A stretch of 64,000 nucleotides of DNA from a virus. Below the pieces are notes generated by a model, which searched no databases, had not been told where the DNA came from, and saw only the letters and a list, made by a program, of their open reading frames with translations. Of the stretch, positions 40,645 to 48,757 are shown one piece after another (within the stretch, counting starts at the first letter, position 1; each line of letters opens with the position of its first letter). Location of the stretch: IMG/VR virus record IMGVR_UViG_3300009678_000001, one strand, 5' to 3'. Position numbers and translations under genes: made by a program.

Positions 40645-41082
40645 TTATTCATCGTTCCAACATTGGCACCTAGGATTGTTAGACGACCCACAATACTTGC
40701 AGTAACTTTCCCACAACCCCAATCTCTCTTCATCCGTTAAACCGGATATAAGAGTTTTGAGATTAGTAAAATTTGGTGGTTGAATGCTCAGCCAGTGCCC
40801 CCAATAGATAGGCACACAGTTCTTTTGCCATTTACTACACCAGCCAATTCTAGGATGGTCTCTATCTGTCCTAAGAATATCAATAGCCTTTAAAGCCTCA
40901 TCTTTATAGTTCCGCCAATAACTTTTGGCATAATCCTCTAAAAGTTCAGTCAAATCTTGTTCGTCCTTTGGTGCACAACCAGTTTGAATAAACAAAACTT
41001 CCTTAATATCTACCCTACCCTCGCAAATATCTCTAATACAACAGGATAGAGAGAAACCTATTAAATGGCGTTCCAGTTCCAT
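40645..41082 (-). CDS. hypothetical Cys-rich protein
   Basis: 145 aa. Ends CKYCGSSNNPRCQCWNDE. Confidence 0.65.
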   Translation of the reverse strand: MELERHLIGFSLSCCIRDICEGRVDIKEVLFIQTGCAPKDEQDLTELLEDYAKSYWRNYKDEALKAIDILRTDRDHPRIGWCSKWQKNCVPIYWGHWLSIQPPNFTNLKTLISGLTDEERLGLWESYCKYCGSSNNPRCQCWNDE

Positions 41083-41095
41083 AATTAAAAAAATT

Positions 41096-41524
41096 TTAAA
41101 TAATTCGTTTGATTAATTTTAATGAGGGACACAAAGCAATCTTTGACCCGTTTAAAAGCTTAGGTTTGAAAAGCGTCTTTCGCTCGGTTCCTAACGCTTC
41201 CCAATTATTCCATACGTTCAAACAATCATCAACTGTTTTGGGTGCCCAATTTAAATCAGCCTTATGCTCAACTGATAATGTAAATACTTGTAACGAATCG
41301 ACTTCCCAAAGCTGCGTATTAGAAGTAATCGTTAAATTGTTGTATCTTTCTTGACCATCCTCTAGGTTATGATAAGCAAATAATGGAGTGTTGCGGACCT
41401 TAGGAAAAGTTTCTATATTAGGAATATATTCGACCACTCTAAAGTTCATCCCTTCTGTCTTTAAATGTGGAGTCCATGAATAAAGCTTTCCTTCAAATTC
41501 TTGAACAAGTTTGTAAACTACCAT
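41096..41524 (-). CDS. hypothetical protein
   Basis: 142 aa from the ATG 9 nt after the -10 box. Confidence 0.65.
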   Translation of the reverse strand: MVVYKLVQEFEGKLYSWTPHLKTEGMNFRVVEYIPNIETFPKVRNTPLFAYHNLEDGQERYNNLTITSNTQLWEVDSLQVFTLSVEHKADLNWAPKTVDDCLNVWNNWEALGTERKTLFKPKLLNGSKIALCPSLKLIKRII

Positions 41525-41533
41525 AAAAAAGGC

Positions 41534-41561
41534 ATGATACAATATATTTTTTAAACCGCAA
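41534..41561 (-). promoter_or_regulatory. class I promoter
   Basis: TTGCGG-16-TATCAT, 9 nt to the ATG at 41524. Confidence 0.55.
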
Positions 41562-41564
41562 GCA

Positions 41565-41897
41565 TTATTTGTCTACAGAGATTGAAAGATAGACAGGATA
41601 GTTGATACCAGCTTCGCTATCAGGAAAAAGGTCGCGTAATATTCTCTCTGCGTAAACATATGTCTCTCCACCCTCACCATCCTTCTTATCGAACCAATTC
41701 CAACCTCTAGAATGAGGGGTCACCCAAAGTTTATGGCCTTTTATTCTTTTGGTTGAGACCGTTATTTTGATGTGGCGAGGCTCTTTACCTAGTAACCTAT
41801 ACACAAAACCCGCACATATCGCCATGTGGTCGTTATGCCAGTAAGCGCCGTCATCTAAGGTAAGAAAAAAAGTCAGTTTACTAATCAATTTTCTCAT
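41565..41897 (-). CDS. hypothetical protein, family B paralogue
   Basis: 110 aa. ICAGFVYRLLGKEPRHIKITVST..KLWVTPHSRGWNW..TYVYAERILRDLFP aligns with the plus-strand copies at 19976 and 20556. Confidence 0.65.
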   Translation of the reverse strand: MRKLISKLTFFLTLDDGAYWHNDHMAICAGFVYRLLGKEPRHIKITVSTKRIKGHKLWVTPHSRGWNWFDKKDGEGGETYVYAERILRDLFPDSEAGINYPVYLSISVDK

Positions 41898-41902
41898 GGG
41901 GC

Positions 41903-42109
41903 TTATTTTATTCCTGCTTTTCTGTTTTCTTTCATTAATTCAATACTATTAACTTGTTGACTAAAAGAGGAAAAAGGACTCCAATTAGTAACTAAATAAA
42001 AATCTCGAAGAAAAACCAAACCCTCACTCAAAACATTTAGTTGTTCGTCCGACAAACATTCGCCCCTTTCCCAAGAGTTAAACAGTGTGGCTACATCTTT
42101 TCCGTTCAT
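41903..42109 (-). CDS. hypothetical protein
   Basis: 68 aa. Confidence 0.55.
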   Translation of the reverse strand: MNGKDVATLFNSWERGECLSDEQLNVLSEGLVFLRDFYLVTNWSPFSSFSQQVNSIELMKENRKAGIK

Positions 42110-42117
42110 AAAACAAA

Positions 42118-42312
42118 TTAAGGCTTAATTTTTTTGATTCTGGAGCTATCCATAGTTGAAAACTCATAACCATGTTTATGCAATATTGTTGATAGCTTGT
42201 CGCAACACCCTTCTATAGTTTCTTTGTCTTCTTTGTTGTTGTCTACGTTCCATAACGCCTTGTGAAGGTTTACAATTGCTCTTGCCACCCTGCTACAAAG
42301 TCTCTTTTTCAT
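42118..42312 (-). CDS. hypothetical protein
   Basis: 64 aa with its own promoter. Confidence 0.55.
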   Translation of the reverse strand: MKKRLCSRVARAIVNLHKALWNVDNNKEDKETIEGCCDKLSTILHKHGYEFSTMDSSRIKKIKP

Positions 42313-42321
42313 GATGTTACC

Positions 42322-42349
42322 ATTTTAAAATATTTTTTTAAAATGTCAA
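42322..42349 (-). promoter_or_regulatory. class I promoter
   Basis: TTGACA-16-TAAAAT, 9 nt to the ATG at 42312. Confidence 0.5.
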
Positions 42350-42372
42350 CCCTTTCTTTTTTGGTCTAACCT

Positions 42373-42786
42373 TTAAATATCGTAGTTAGGATATTCAGGC
42401 TGTTTCTTAAAACCATCCATCACTCTATGCAAGTACTCATATGCCCATTTTTCATCTATAGCCTTAGTGTGGTCATGGTCCCATCCAAATACTTCTTTAT
42501 AAGTCATTCTGATAGTATGAGATTCCCATTTATCCGCTTCGTTATCCTCTTCTCCCGCACCAAAACCCCAAACATTTTTCTCTCTTTTGTAACCAAAAAT
42601 TACCCCATCCCACATCAGATGATAGTGAGAGTCATGTAGCGTGACGCCCACTAACTCTGGATGCAGTCTCCCTACAGCGCACCGAACAGTCCAATCCACA
42701 GACTTAGAATATCTCTCCGCTTCTTGATTTAGCTTAAAAGCTACCTCAGTCAGAACATGCATCTTGAGAAAATCTTCGTGTGTCAT
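42373..42786 (-). CDS. hypothetical protein
   Basis: 137 aa with its own promoter. Confidence 0.65.
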   Translation of the reverse strand: MTHEDFLKMHVLTEVAFKLNQEAERYSKSVDWTVRCAVGRLHPELVGVTLHDSHYHLMWDGVIFGYKREKNVWGFGAGEEDNEADKWESHTIRMTYKEVFGWDHDHTKAIDEKWAYEYLHRVMDGFKKQPEYPNYDI

Positions 42787-42794
42787 TTAAGCGC

Positions 42795-42822
42795 ATGATA
42801 CGATATCTTTTTTAAAAGTCCA
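42795..42822 (-). promoter_or_regulatory. class I promoter
   Basis: TGGACT-16-TATCAT, 8 nt to the ATG at 42786. Confidence 0.5.
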
Positions 42823-43174
42823 GTTCTATTTTAGCGTAAAGAACATCGGGAGGAACTTTAAAGAACAAGGTCAGGGCGTTACAAAGCCAAAAAATCATCC
42901 CCTCAGTTTCCCATTCGTAAAGCGTCCCCGATTCAGGTTGAACTTCTTTGGGACATTTAGTAGCTTTAGCTGTATAGTTAGGGAAAAACTCGTCCGAGAA
43001 AATCAGATTAAAGCCTTTTTTCATGGTAATTTTACCCTTGAGTTTTAACATTCTATCAATTGCTTGTGTTGCTCCTCCTACGAAAGCCTCTGCGACCAAA
43101 CCTAAGGTAGGTTCGTCAAAAACCCAAATTTTGCCTAGCTTATATGGGCGAATTATAAATATTTTATTTTCCAT
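42812..43174 (-). CDS. hypothetical protein
   Basis: 120 aa, TAATG overlap with the macro-domain gene. Confidence 0.65.
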   Translation of the reverse strand: MENKIFIIRPYKLGKIWVFDEPTLGLVAEAFVGGATQAIDRMLKLKGKITMKKGFNLIFSDEFFPNYTAKATKCPKEVQPESGTLYEWETEGMIFWLCNALTLFFKVPPDVLYAKIELDF

Positions 43175-43632
43175 TAAGCTAGTTGATTGATTACGATAAG
43201 CATGTCTGTGTCTTTAAATACTTCTTCAATCATTACCCTGACAATCCTCCAGTTCCCTCCCGCCAAACCGCACCCCATTTTAAAAGGAATTCCAATAGAT
43301 TTAATTCCTTTGGCTACAGCGTCGTTTTTCATTTTGTCGAGGGCTTTATAAAGGGCTTCATAATTTAACGCCCGAAGACCCCCAATTTCAAATTGACCAT
43401 ACAAATTGTAAATATGTTTAATGTAATCGCCTGAAACCTGAGAGACTGAAAAGGTTCCGAGTTTTGTTCTTTTCCCGTAAGAAGTATTCTTGTCTGTTTC
43501 TAACACTTCTGGCCACTGGCGAGCGATAGCAAGAGCTACACCCGCTCCCATGGTGTGAAAACAGTTTGCAACGTGAGCTATAGCATCTGTTTTGGAAAAA
43601 ACAATAGAACGGTTTTGAGTAACGCTATTCAT
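43174..43632 (-). CDS. macro-domain (ADP-ribose binding/hydrolase) protein
   Basis: 152 aa from the ATG 8 nt after the -10 box. AHVANCFHTMGAGVALAI and IGIPFKMGCGLAGGNW match the two Gly-rich macro-domain loops. Confidence 0.65.
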   Translation of the reverse strand: MNSVTQNRSIVFSKTDAIAHVANCFHTMGAGVALAIARQWPEVLETDKNTSYGKRTKLGTFSVSQVSGDYIKHIYNLYGQFEIGGLRALNYEALYKALDKMKNDAVAKGIKSIGIPFKMGCGLAGGNWRIVRVMIEEVFKDTDMLIVINQLA

Positions 43633-43640
43633 AAAAACGC

Positions 43641-43668
43641 ATTCTACAACATCTTTTTCAAACGTCAA
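43641..43668 (-). promoter_or_regulatory. class I promoter
   Basis: TTGACG-16-TAGAAT, 8 nt to the ATG at 43632. The upstream TGA stop lies inside the -35 box. Confidence 0.6.
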
Positions 43669-43919
43669 CAATAATCCAAAACCTCTGTAAAGTCTTGTAT
43701 TTGCTTGGTGCCGCCCTCTGATTCTTTTATTAGTTTAATATAAGTTTCCTTATTAATAGTCCTTGAAGGCATACTGGCTAGTTCTAATGTAAAAATGTCG
43801 GGAGTTGATTGCGCATAACTTGAATGCCTAAACAAACAACCAGTTAGTAAATTAGTAAACTTGTAATAGCCCTCAATATAGACCTTTGCGGTTAGATAGT
43901 AATTGTGGGGAGACAACAT
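43665..43919 (-). CDS. hypothetical protein
   Basis: 84 aa from the Met just after the upstream stop (TAAGATG). Confidence 0.55.
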   Translation of the reverse strand: MLSPHNYYLTAKVYIEGYYKFTNLLTGCLFRHSSYAQSTPDIFTLELASMPSRTINKETYIKLIKESEGGTKQIQDFTEVLDYC

Positions 43920-43920
43920 C

Positions 43921-44232
43921 TTAAATTGTTCCTTGAAGGTCAAAATAAGTTTTCATCATGCCTTTCTCTGTATCGTTCGCTTCTTGAATTAGTTTTTTGC
44001 GTCTAGCACGCCAAACACTCATTGAAGTTTCAAGTTGTGCGTTATAAGGGACGTATCCACTAGAATAAAACCCACACTCGTATCTTTCGAGTCCAATTTT
44101 ATAACCAATTTTTCGTGCGTCTGGAATCCCTGCCTTGGTAAGCTGGTCTTTAGTCCAAAATCTTTTGCGCTCTTTGTCTATATAAGCCGCTTCCAGTATT
44201 TCGCCTGTTTTAGGATAAACAAATTTATTCAT
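43921..44232 (-). CDS. hypothetical protein
   Basis: 103 aa. GGAG lies 5 nt upstream of the ATG in a 17-nt leader. Confidence 0.65.
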   Translation of the reverse strand: MNKFVYPKTGEILEAAYIDKERKRFWTKDQLTKAGIPDARKIGYKIGLERYECGFYSSGYVPYNAQLETSMSVWRARRKKLIQEANDTEKGMMKTYFDLQGTI

Positions 44233-44249
44233 AAATGCTCCAAAACACC

Positions 44250-44277
44250 AGAATACAGCATCTTTTTAAAATGTCAA
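44250..44277 (-). promoter_or_regulatory. class I promoter (17-nt leader with GGAG)
   Basis: TTGACA-16-TATTCT, then GGTGTTTTGGAGCATTT-ATG. Confidence 0.55.
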
Positions 44278-44299
44278 TGCTCAAGCACCGCAGGGCTTC
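44278..44299 (-). repeat. ISL element embedded in the 3-prime end of a CDS
   Basis: AAGCCCTGCGGTGCTTGAGCAT is translated as ..KPCGA*. It directly abuts the TTGACA. Confidence 0.8.
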
Positions 44300-44640
44300 A
44301 GTTCTAATCTAATCCCTTCAATTTTGTTTTTTTCAGTTAAATACCACCCCTCTATTATTAAATCAATATCAATGGTGGTCTTGGGACCAAAGATAGTCCA
44401 TTTTTTGTTTTCAGCCTTATCAAACACAAGTAATGTATTACCATAGTTCATAACGTTAGCTTTGTCCCCTTCAATAAAAGGAGCGTTTTCTATAGTCTGA
44501 CCTAAATCGTCTTGGATTGTTTTAATTAAGAAAAACATATCAGCCACCACCCACCCTTCGCCCAAATGATTATTTTTTGGGTCCTTTGGTTTTTGACCTA
44601 TAGACCAAACAACAATCTTAGAGATGCTTTTTGATTTCAT
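44281..44640 (-). CDS. hypothetical protein
   Basis: 119 aa. Overlaps the upstream gene by 23 nt. Confidence 0.65.
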   Translation of the reverse strand: MKSKSISKIVVWSIGQKPKDPKNNHLGEGWVVADMFFLIKTIQDDLGQTIENAPFIEGDKANVMNYGNTLLVFDKAENKKWTIFGPKTTIDIDLIIEGWYLTEKNKIEGIRLELKPCGA

Positions 44641-45004
44641 CTGGACAAACTTCTAAAAGATAAATTTTTGTTAGTTTATAAATACCTTCAATTAATTGTT
44701 CTCTCTGAGCTACAACTTTGTCCACTTCCTGTTTTACTCTTTTGCCTTCTTTTAATGGCAAAGAAGCAAAATATCTAAAATGACCGTCATAAGAACGTAT
44801 ATAGGCATAACCTTCTCTCCCTAAAAATTTTGGAACTGCAAACCCAACCCCACAAAGAAAACCCGGAAATTGGTCATATTCCCAAAAAAACATCCTTTTT
44901 TCGTGTTTTTTGCCGTCGCCATTACATTCTATACAACGGTTTTTTTCAATAGTCCCTGTTCCTTTACACTCTTTACACTCTCTCTTATTACTTAAATTCC
45001 TCAT
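44618..45004 (-). CDS. protein with DnaJ-type CxxCxGxG zinc finger
   Basis: 128 aa. CKECKGTGTIEKNRCIECNGDG. Confidence 0.6.
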   Translation of the reverse strand: MRNLSNKRECKECKGTGTIEKNRCIECNGDGKKHEKRMFFWEYDQFPGFLCGVGFAVPKFLGREGYAYIRSYDGHFRYFASLPLKEGKRVKQEVDKVVAQREQLIEGIYKLTKIYLLEVCPDEIKKHL

Positions 45005-45016
45005 ATCATAACTCCC

Positions 45017-45265
45017 TCAAAATGAGTTTTTGGTAGTTACAAAAACTTGTTCCATAATTTGGAGTCGAACCTGTTCTTGGGTTTGTTCCCAACCTCTTTC
45101 TAATTGGTCCCAAACTTGGTTTCCAACTTGGTTTCCAATTTGATTGCTAAAGTGATACCTAATTTGATTTAGAATTGTTAAATATTTTTTATCCATTTCA
45201 CAAACAGGTCTAAGACAAAAACCATACCGAATGCTAAAACTAATATTAATATAATGTACATTCAT
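45017..45265 (-). CDS. QVWD-repeat family micro-protein
   Basis: 82 aa. ..NQIRYHFSNQIGNQVGNQVWDQLERGWEQTQEQVRLQIMEQV. ATGA overlap with the upstream gene. Confidence 0.55.
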   Translation of the reverse strand: MNVHYINISFSIRYGFCLRPVCEMDKKYLTILNQIRYHFSNQIGNQVGNQVWDQLERGWEQTQEQVRLQIMEQVFVTTKNSF

Positions 45266-45477
45266 TCAACTAAACTGTTGATTTGGTGCTCAATTTGGTA
45301 GCCAATTTCTGCCCACATTTGGTTTTGAGTTTGGTCCCAAACTTTGTTTTCTATGGTTTGATGCCCAATTTGCTTAGAAATTTGAAGTCTTATTAAGTCC
45401 AAAGTATCTGTTAAGACTTGGCACTGAAACCGGTACTGGTCCCTAATTTGGTCTTTTGTTTTAAATCTCTTCAACAC
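45262..45477 (-). CDS. QVWD-repeat family micro-protein
   Basis: 71 aa. ..DQIRDQYRFQCQV..KQIGHQTIENKVWDQTQNQMWAEIGYQIEHQI. Confidence 0.55.
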   Translation of the reverse strand: MLKRFKTKDQIRDQYRFQCQVLTDTLDLIRLQISKQIGHQTIENKVWDQTQNQMWAEIGYQIEHQINSLVE

Positions 45478-45808
45478 TTAGATTGGTTCTTTGATAAGTT
45501 TCGTATACATCAATAGGGTCGCTGGCTGTCCAAGGCATTAAAATAAAATTAATTCCAAATGGGTGATACATTTCCATTTTTTCTTTGTCTGTTGCCTCGT
45601 CTAAATAGCCAGCCACATACCAATCCAGCCCTTCAAATGGGTAGGCCCAGTTTTTTCCTTTCTTATCCGGCCTGTGTCCTACGACATAAATTCTATCTCT
45701 GTCGTTTCGTTTATAACGCGCCCCTTCCCATTGGTCCGAACCAATCTTTACTTTAACTGGTTGCACGTCAAAACACCCACATTGTTCTAACCATTCTTTT
45801 AAAGTCAT
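45461..45808 (-). CDS. hypothetical protein
   Basis: 115 aa. ATG preceded by a consensus ISL. Confidence 0.65.
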   Translation of the reverse strand: MTLKEWLEQCGCFDVQPVKVKIGSDQWEGARYKRNDRDRIYVVGHRPDKKGKNWAYPFEGLDWYVAGYLDEATDKEKMEMYHPFGINFILMPWTASDPIDVYETYQRTNLSVEEI

Positions 45809-45832
45809 ATGCTCAAGCGCCGCAGGGCTTAG
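45809..45832 (-). repeat. ISL element (consensus)
   Basis: CTAAGCCCTGCGGCGCTTGAGCAT-ATG. Confidence 0.85.
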
Positions 45833-45833
45833 T

Positions 45834-46034
45834 TTATTCTAATTCCCACCATTCGGGGTCCACTTCTGCCAAAGCTTTACCTAAGTCACTAGGAAAAACA
45901 ACGGCAATATCATAAACGGGATTTTCTTTACCTTCACTATCTGATTCTGTCAAACTCAAACCCCTATGATTCAGAGTTAGGTTAGAGACTTTCTTAAAAA
46001 ATGTTTCTAATTTGGCTTTATCGTGTTCTTTCAT
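45834..46034 (-). CDS. hypothetical protein
   Basis: 66 aa, flanked on both sides by consensus ISL copies. Confidence 0.6.
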   Translation of the reverse strand: MKEHDKAKLETFFKKVSNLTLNHRGLSLTESDSEGKENPVYDIAVVFPSDLGKALAEVDPEWWELE

Positions 46035-46057
46035 ATGCTCAAGCGCCGCAGGGCTTA
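46035..46057 (-). repeat. ISL element (consensus)
   Basis: CTAAGCCCTGCGGCGCTTGAGCAT-ATG, identical to the copy at 45809. Confidence 0.85.
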
Positions 46058-46060
46058 GTT

Positions 46061-46324
46061 TTATTTATAATAAGTCTGAATATAGGCATCTGCCACCTGT
46101 TTGAAATAGCTAAAAATTCGCTCTTTTGTTTGTTCTGTTCCGTCGCCGCTCATATTAACAGTTACGCCTCCAATCTTGAGAGGCTTTACTTTACCATCCC
46201 TAAAAAGCCTCAAAAAACGCGAAACTGTCATCAGTTCAACCCACCTACGTTCAGGGGTCTTGATTTCGACCTTGAACTTCTTCACCTTTGGAAGGAAGTT
46301 GGCTACCAACGTAATTGATATCAT
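46061..46324 (-). CDS. hypothetical protein
   Basis: 87 aa with its own promoter. Confidence 0.6.
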   Translation of the reverse strand: MISITLVANFLPKVKKFKVEIKTPERRWVELMTVSRFLRLFRDGKVKPLKIGGVTVNMSGDGTEQTKERIFSYFKQVADAYIQTYYK

Positions 46325-46330
46325 GAAACG

Positions 46331-46358
46331 ATGATAGCGGGTCTTTTTTAAAAATCAA
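46331..46358 (-). promoter_or_regulatory. class I promoter
   Basis: TTGATT-16-TATCAT, 6 nt to the ATG at 46324. Confidence 0.6.
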
Positions 46359-46542
46359 GTCGATTGCTCAAGCCGCTCCTAAAAATTTCACTTACAATTT
46401 GGTCCCAAATTTGCCCCTTAACTTGGTTCCAAGTTTGTCCTCCAATTTGGCTCCCAACTTGTTTCCAAACTTGCTCCCAGACTTGGTCCCCAACTTGGCT
46501 CCAAACTTGGTCTATAATCCTTTCTTTAATTATTTGGGTCAT
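46348..46542 (-). CDS. QVWD-repeat family micro-protein
   Basis: 64 aa. IIDQVWSQVGDQVWEQVWKQVGSQIGGQTWNQVKGQIWDQI. Confidence 0.65.
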   Translation of the reverse strand: MTQIIKERIIDQVWSQVGDQVWEQVWKQVGSQIGGQTWNQVKGQIWDQIVSEIFRSGLSNRLDF

Positions 46543-46548
46543 AAAGGC

Positions 46549-46773
46549 TTAAATTTGGTCCCAAATTGCGTCCTCAAGTTGTTTCCGAAGGTTGTCCCAA
46601 AGTTGTTCCCTAAGTGGATTCCAAACTTGTATAACCTGCATCCAAATTGGGTCCCAAACCTGTTCATCAAGCTGACTTTTAACTTGGTCCCCAACTTGGT
46701 CCCAAATAATCTTACGAATCTCAATATCGGTTTGGTACCAATCCTCCGATAATTTGTCTAGCATCATTTTCAT
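46549..46773 (-). CDS. QVWD-repeat family micro-protein
   Basis: 74 aa. IIWDQVGDQVKSQLDEQVWDPIWMQVIQVWNPLREQLWDNLRKQLEDAIWDQI. Confidence 0.65.
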   Translation of the reverse strand: MKMMLDKLSEDWYQTDIEIRKIIWDQVGDQVKSQLDEQVWDPIWMQVIQVWNPLREQLWDNLRKQLEDAIWDQI

Positions 46774-46811
46774 TTATTAAAACTTTTTTAAAAATCAATC
46801 ACAAAAAGAAA

Positions 46812-47105
46812 CTAAGGAATTCTTGGTGGCAGTGGTAAAACAATTCCTAATTTAGTAAGGGCTTGTTCATCTGTATTGTTCAACCCGTTATAAATCACTT
46901 TTGTAGCTATATAAAGACACTCGGCTTGTGTCCAATCTGGAAACCTTTTCTCTAAAGAATCACAAAATCTATCCCTTAATTCTTCAACAGGTATGGGATT
47001 AGATTTAGAAACAAATGTAAAAGCAATTTTGAAAACCACGTCTGCTAAAATTTCAGAATTATCACTTAAATCTTTTAAAATTTTTGGTGAAATTTTCATA
47101 ACCAT
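46812..47105 (-). CDS. hypothetical protein
   Basis: 97 aa, overlaps the upstream QVWD gene stop. Confidence 0.6.
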   Translation of the reverse strand: MVMKISPKILKDLSDNSEILADVVFKIAFTFVSKSNPIPVEELRDRFCDSLEKRFPDWTQAECLYIATKVIYNGLNNTDEQALTKLGIVLPLPPRIP

Positions 47106-47311
47106 ATTTGCTCAAGAACTTGGTTCCGAACTTCCATGAAAACGTCATTCCTTATTTGTTCCCTAGATGGGTTTCCAACATGCTTCATAACTTGGCTCCC
47201 AATCTCAGTTCGGTCCCCAACTTGGTCCATAACGTGGTCCCAAACTTGGTCCATAACGCGGTCCCAAACTTGGTCCACAACTTGATACTGAATTTTGGTG
47301 ACTAAGCTCAA
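47096..47311 (-). CDS. QVWD-repeat family micro-protein (TTG start)
   Basis: 71 aa. YQVVDQVWDRVMDQVWDHVMDQVGD.. The TTG start immediately follows the upstream TGA. No nearby ATG. Confidence 0.55.
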   Translation of the reverse strand: MSLVTKIQYQVVDQVWDRVMDQVWDHVMDQVGDRTEIGSQVMKHVGNPSREQIRNDVFMEVRNQVLEQIWL

Positions 47312-47608
47312 TCAATCCGCTTTTGTTTCAACTTCTTCAATAGAATATTCAGGTAAAGCTTTATTAATCCGCAGTTTAACGCGCTCTATAATTGGTTTTA
47401 CCACATCGGGCGCTCTGGCTACGGTTTTGAGTTTATTAGCTCTACCTATAGCTACCCGTAAACCAAAGTCTCTGTTAAACGAGTCTCCAGCATCAATATT
47501 GGTATAGCTCCAGCCAATATGAACCGTTTTGCGGTCATGGTCTTCTACTCCCGCCACAATGCCGCGCCTTTGATTTGTTTTGGGGTCTCTGACAAATTGA
47601 ATAAACAT
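47312..47608 (-). CDS. hypothetical protein
   Basis: 98 aa with its own promoter. Confidence 0.65.
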   Translation of the reverse strand: MFIQFVRDPKTNQRRGIVAGVEDHDRKTVHIGWSYTNIDAGDSFNRDFGLRVAIGRANKLKTVARAPDVVKPIIERVKLRINKALPEYSIEEVETKAD

Positions 47609-47614
47609 ATCTGT

Positions 47615-47642
47615 ATTTTAAATATTTTTTTTAAAAAAGCAA
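47615..47642 (-). promoter_or_regulatory. class I promoter
   Basis: TTGCTT-16-TAAAAT, 6 nt to the ATG at 47608. Confidence 0.55.
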
Positions 47643-47646
47643 GCAA

Positions 47647-48642
47647 TTAATAGTCCTGATTTAAAATCTTGACCGACAGTGATTTACCAAGAATTGGGGA
47701 ATATTTGGGCGTTATTGGTCGCAAAACAATCCCCTCTGCCTTGCGCTCTTGTCCTGTAGATGTGAGATAAATAGCCTTGTTAGCTTCTTCCTGAAGCCGC
47801 GCCATGGTCCAAGTATCATCAAATGTAAAAGGTTCACTAACAGGAATAACCACAGGAATTTGCAATTGGTTGCATAACTCATTTATTTCCTGCCAGTTAT
47901 ACCATTTGCCAGTATCAAATTCTTTAACATTAAAGACAAACATCTGAAAACTGTTCAGGCCCAATGGGTTACCTTGAATTTTGCCCCCGCAAGCCTCTGC
48001 TTGAATAGCAATGTTTTTACCCAACTCTTTAAGCTTAGAAGTTAGATTATATTGGTCTGCAATCTTCCAAAAGCCGGTCCCTTCTTTTTGCTCCAGCCGC
48101 CGACTGCAAACGCGAACTTCACCGTTTTCATAAATCACAGTCATTGAAGAACCGTCAGCTTTGATAGTTAAATAACAAAGTTCATTCCTAAACTCTTCTA
48201 AAATCTCTGGATAGTTTTGAATGTTTTCTTCGTCTGTAATTGAGATTAAATGAGTAGGAAAAGAACCCTTGGCGTCTCCATTAACAGAAGAATCAATAGG
48301 TTTGTCGTATTTTAAAATACCTAAAGCTTCCGAAACGTCCGAACCTTCTTCAACCTGATAGTTATAGCTTGGAATGATAGTTAAAGGGCAAACTAAACCC
48401 TGAGAAGGAGAGCCGCGAAACTTGGCGTTCCAGACACGATATTTTTGCCTTTCTAAAAAACTAAAATAAGAATTCGCGCTAGGAACAATAGAGTCAATAC
48501 GAATAAACACCACTAAATCGCCGTTTTTATATTCTCCCTTCTTAACCACAACAGGCCATTCTTTAATTTTGGCGACTTCAAGAGAGTCGGCGTTGAAATG
48601 TGGTTGGACGCTATGAATTCGTTCAATTGTGGCTAATTTCAT
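47647..48642 (-). CDS. RNA ligase, DRB0094-like (N-terminal OB domain plus nucleotidyltransferase domain)
   Basis: 331 aa. N-terminus MKLATIERIHSVQPHFNADSLEVAKIKEWPVVVKKGEYKNGDLVVFIRIDS. Motif I is the lysine in LTIKADGSS. Confidence 0.75.
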   Translation of the reverse strand: MKLATIERIHSVQPHFNADSLEVAKIKEWPVVVKKGEYKNGDLVVFIRIDSIVPSANSYFSFLERQKYRVWNAKFRGSPSQGLVCPLTIIPSYNYQVEEGSDVSEALGILKYDKPIDSSVNGDAKGSFPTHLISITDEENIQNYPEILEEFRNELCYLTIKADGSSMTVIYENGEVRVCSRRLEQKEGTGFWKIADQYNLTSKLKELGKNIAIQAEACGGKIQGNPLGLNSFQMFVFNVKEFDTGKWYNWQEINELCNQLQIPVVIPVSEPFTFDDTWTMARLQEEANKAIYLTSTGQERKAEGIVLRPITPKYSPILGKSLSVKILNQDY

Positions 48643-48757
48643 TTTAAAAGGTACCCACTAGCGAACTGGCTAGTGGGTGGTTTTTTTTACCTTTACTTAA
48701 CAAGCCTGCAAACCAACAAACAGGTTAATTTGCAGCGTCTTCCCCGAAGACATTTTA
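48643..48757 (-). ncRNA. structured ~110-nt 5-prime leader of the RNA ligase gene (three consecutive hairpins)
   Basis: Minus strand reads GTCTTC-gggg-GAAGAC, CTGCAA-18 nt-TTGCAG and ACCCACTAGC-6 nt-GCTAGTGGGT. This contrasts with the leaderless neighbours. An 18-codon ORF (MSSGKTLQ..) at its 5-prime end is an alternative reading. Confidence 0.4.
48653..48688 (+). terminator. canonical intrinsic terminator oriented on the plus strand
   Basis: 10-bp stem ACCCACTAGC/GCTAGTGGGT followed by GG and T8 on the plus strand, in a region with only minus-strand genes. Confidence 0.5.
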
